A stretch of 64,000 bases of DNA from a virus: the IMG/VR virus record IMGVR_UViG_3300044986_000731, positions 1 to 64,000 of that record. One strand, given 5' to 3'. How positions within the stretch are numbered: position 1 is the stretch's first letter; each line of letters starts with the position of its first letter. The notes beneath the pieces are model-generated. The model ran no database searches, was not told where the DNA came from, and saw nothing but the letters and a program-made list of their open reading frames with translations. Positions 63,619 to 64,000 of the stretch are shown piece after piece. The position numbers and the translations under genes were made by a program.

Positions 63619-64000
63619 ATGTCGAGGATCACGTCTCAGGGCACGATAGTGGTCTGGGCGGGGGTCACGCTGGAAGCGACATCGGTCACGTACTCTGCGA
63701 GTGCAGGAGACGAGATCGAGATTACGTCGCTTGCGTCCAGTGTGATCACTGATCCGAACAACTCGTATCGGAAGTACGTGCGTCGTGAGTACGATACGTG
63801 CTTCGCCGGCGAGGCTGCGGAAGTAACAGTAGAGTTCTTCGCGAAATCGGGCGCTAATTTGACTGCTCTTGTCGGACACAAGAGGCCTCTGTCTGTTACA
63901 ATGCCCGGAGGAGAGTTCGGAGAGACAGTTACGACCATTTCAAACGGCGGACTGGCCGACGTCAATCGAGCACATTCGTTCGGAATGGACGCGATCCTTT
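63619..64000 (+). CDS. tail-tube-like paralog, truncated by the window end
   Basis: open frame MSRITSQGT...EIEITSL...VEFF to the window edge; resembles the upstream gene. Confidence 0.55.
   Translation, partial: MSRITSQGTIVVWAGVTLEATSVTYSASAGDEIEITSLASSVITDPNNSYRKYVRREYDTCFAGEAAEVTVEFFAKSGANLTALVGHKRPLSVTMPGGEFGETVTTISNGGLADVNRAHSFGMDAIL

Noticed and set aside
1-64000. tRNA/rRNA genes, integrase, transposase
   Set aside because: None recognisable by eye; intergenic gaps are short or explained by other structures. A tRNAscan/HMM search would be needed to exclude them formally.

Overview
The window is about 64 kb of a GC-rich (roughly 64% by eye) tailed dsDNA phage genome with an HK97-type head. 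Essentially all genes are on the + strand. Gene order: (1) small early/accessory genes behind sigma70-like promoters that carry a palindromic operator (0-8.6 kb); (2) recombination/replication: SNF2 helicase, RecE-like nuclease, SSB-like protein, prim-pol, UvrD-like helicase (8.6-15 kb); (3) accessory genes: secreted trypsin-like protease, DNA MTase, Gp88-like, MazG, phosphoesterase, nucleases (15-24.8 kb), including a three-cassette array bounded by integron attC-like hairpins (21.1-22.4 kb); (4) a methyl/glycosyltransferase cluster, a papain-like peptidase plus membrane-protein cluster, and tail fibre genes (24.8-40.4 kb); (5) HNH nuclease, a repeat-rich non-coding cos/ori-like region and terminases; (6) a greatly expanded head module, then capsid, connector and tail genes. 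In the head module, the portal, a 2168-aa protein, the prohead protease and a 796-aa protein share 11 copies of an E-x-R / C-x-R-x-x-x-G-x-F-x-x-G-N-x-C tag that separates enzyme-like domains. The two most striking signals are this apparent protease-processed capsid-cargo polyprotein system and the phage-borne attC-like cassettes whose hairpins encode each gene's RBS and start codon. No integrase, tRNA, rRNA or CRISPR array was seen. All family assignments come from motif recognition by eye, not database searches.
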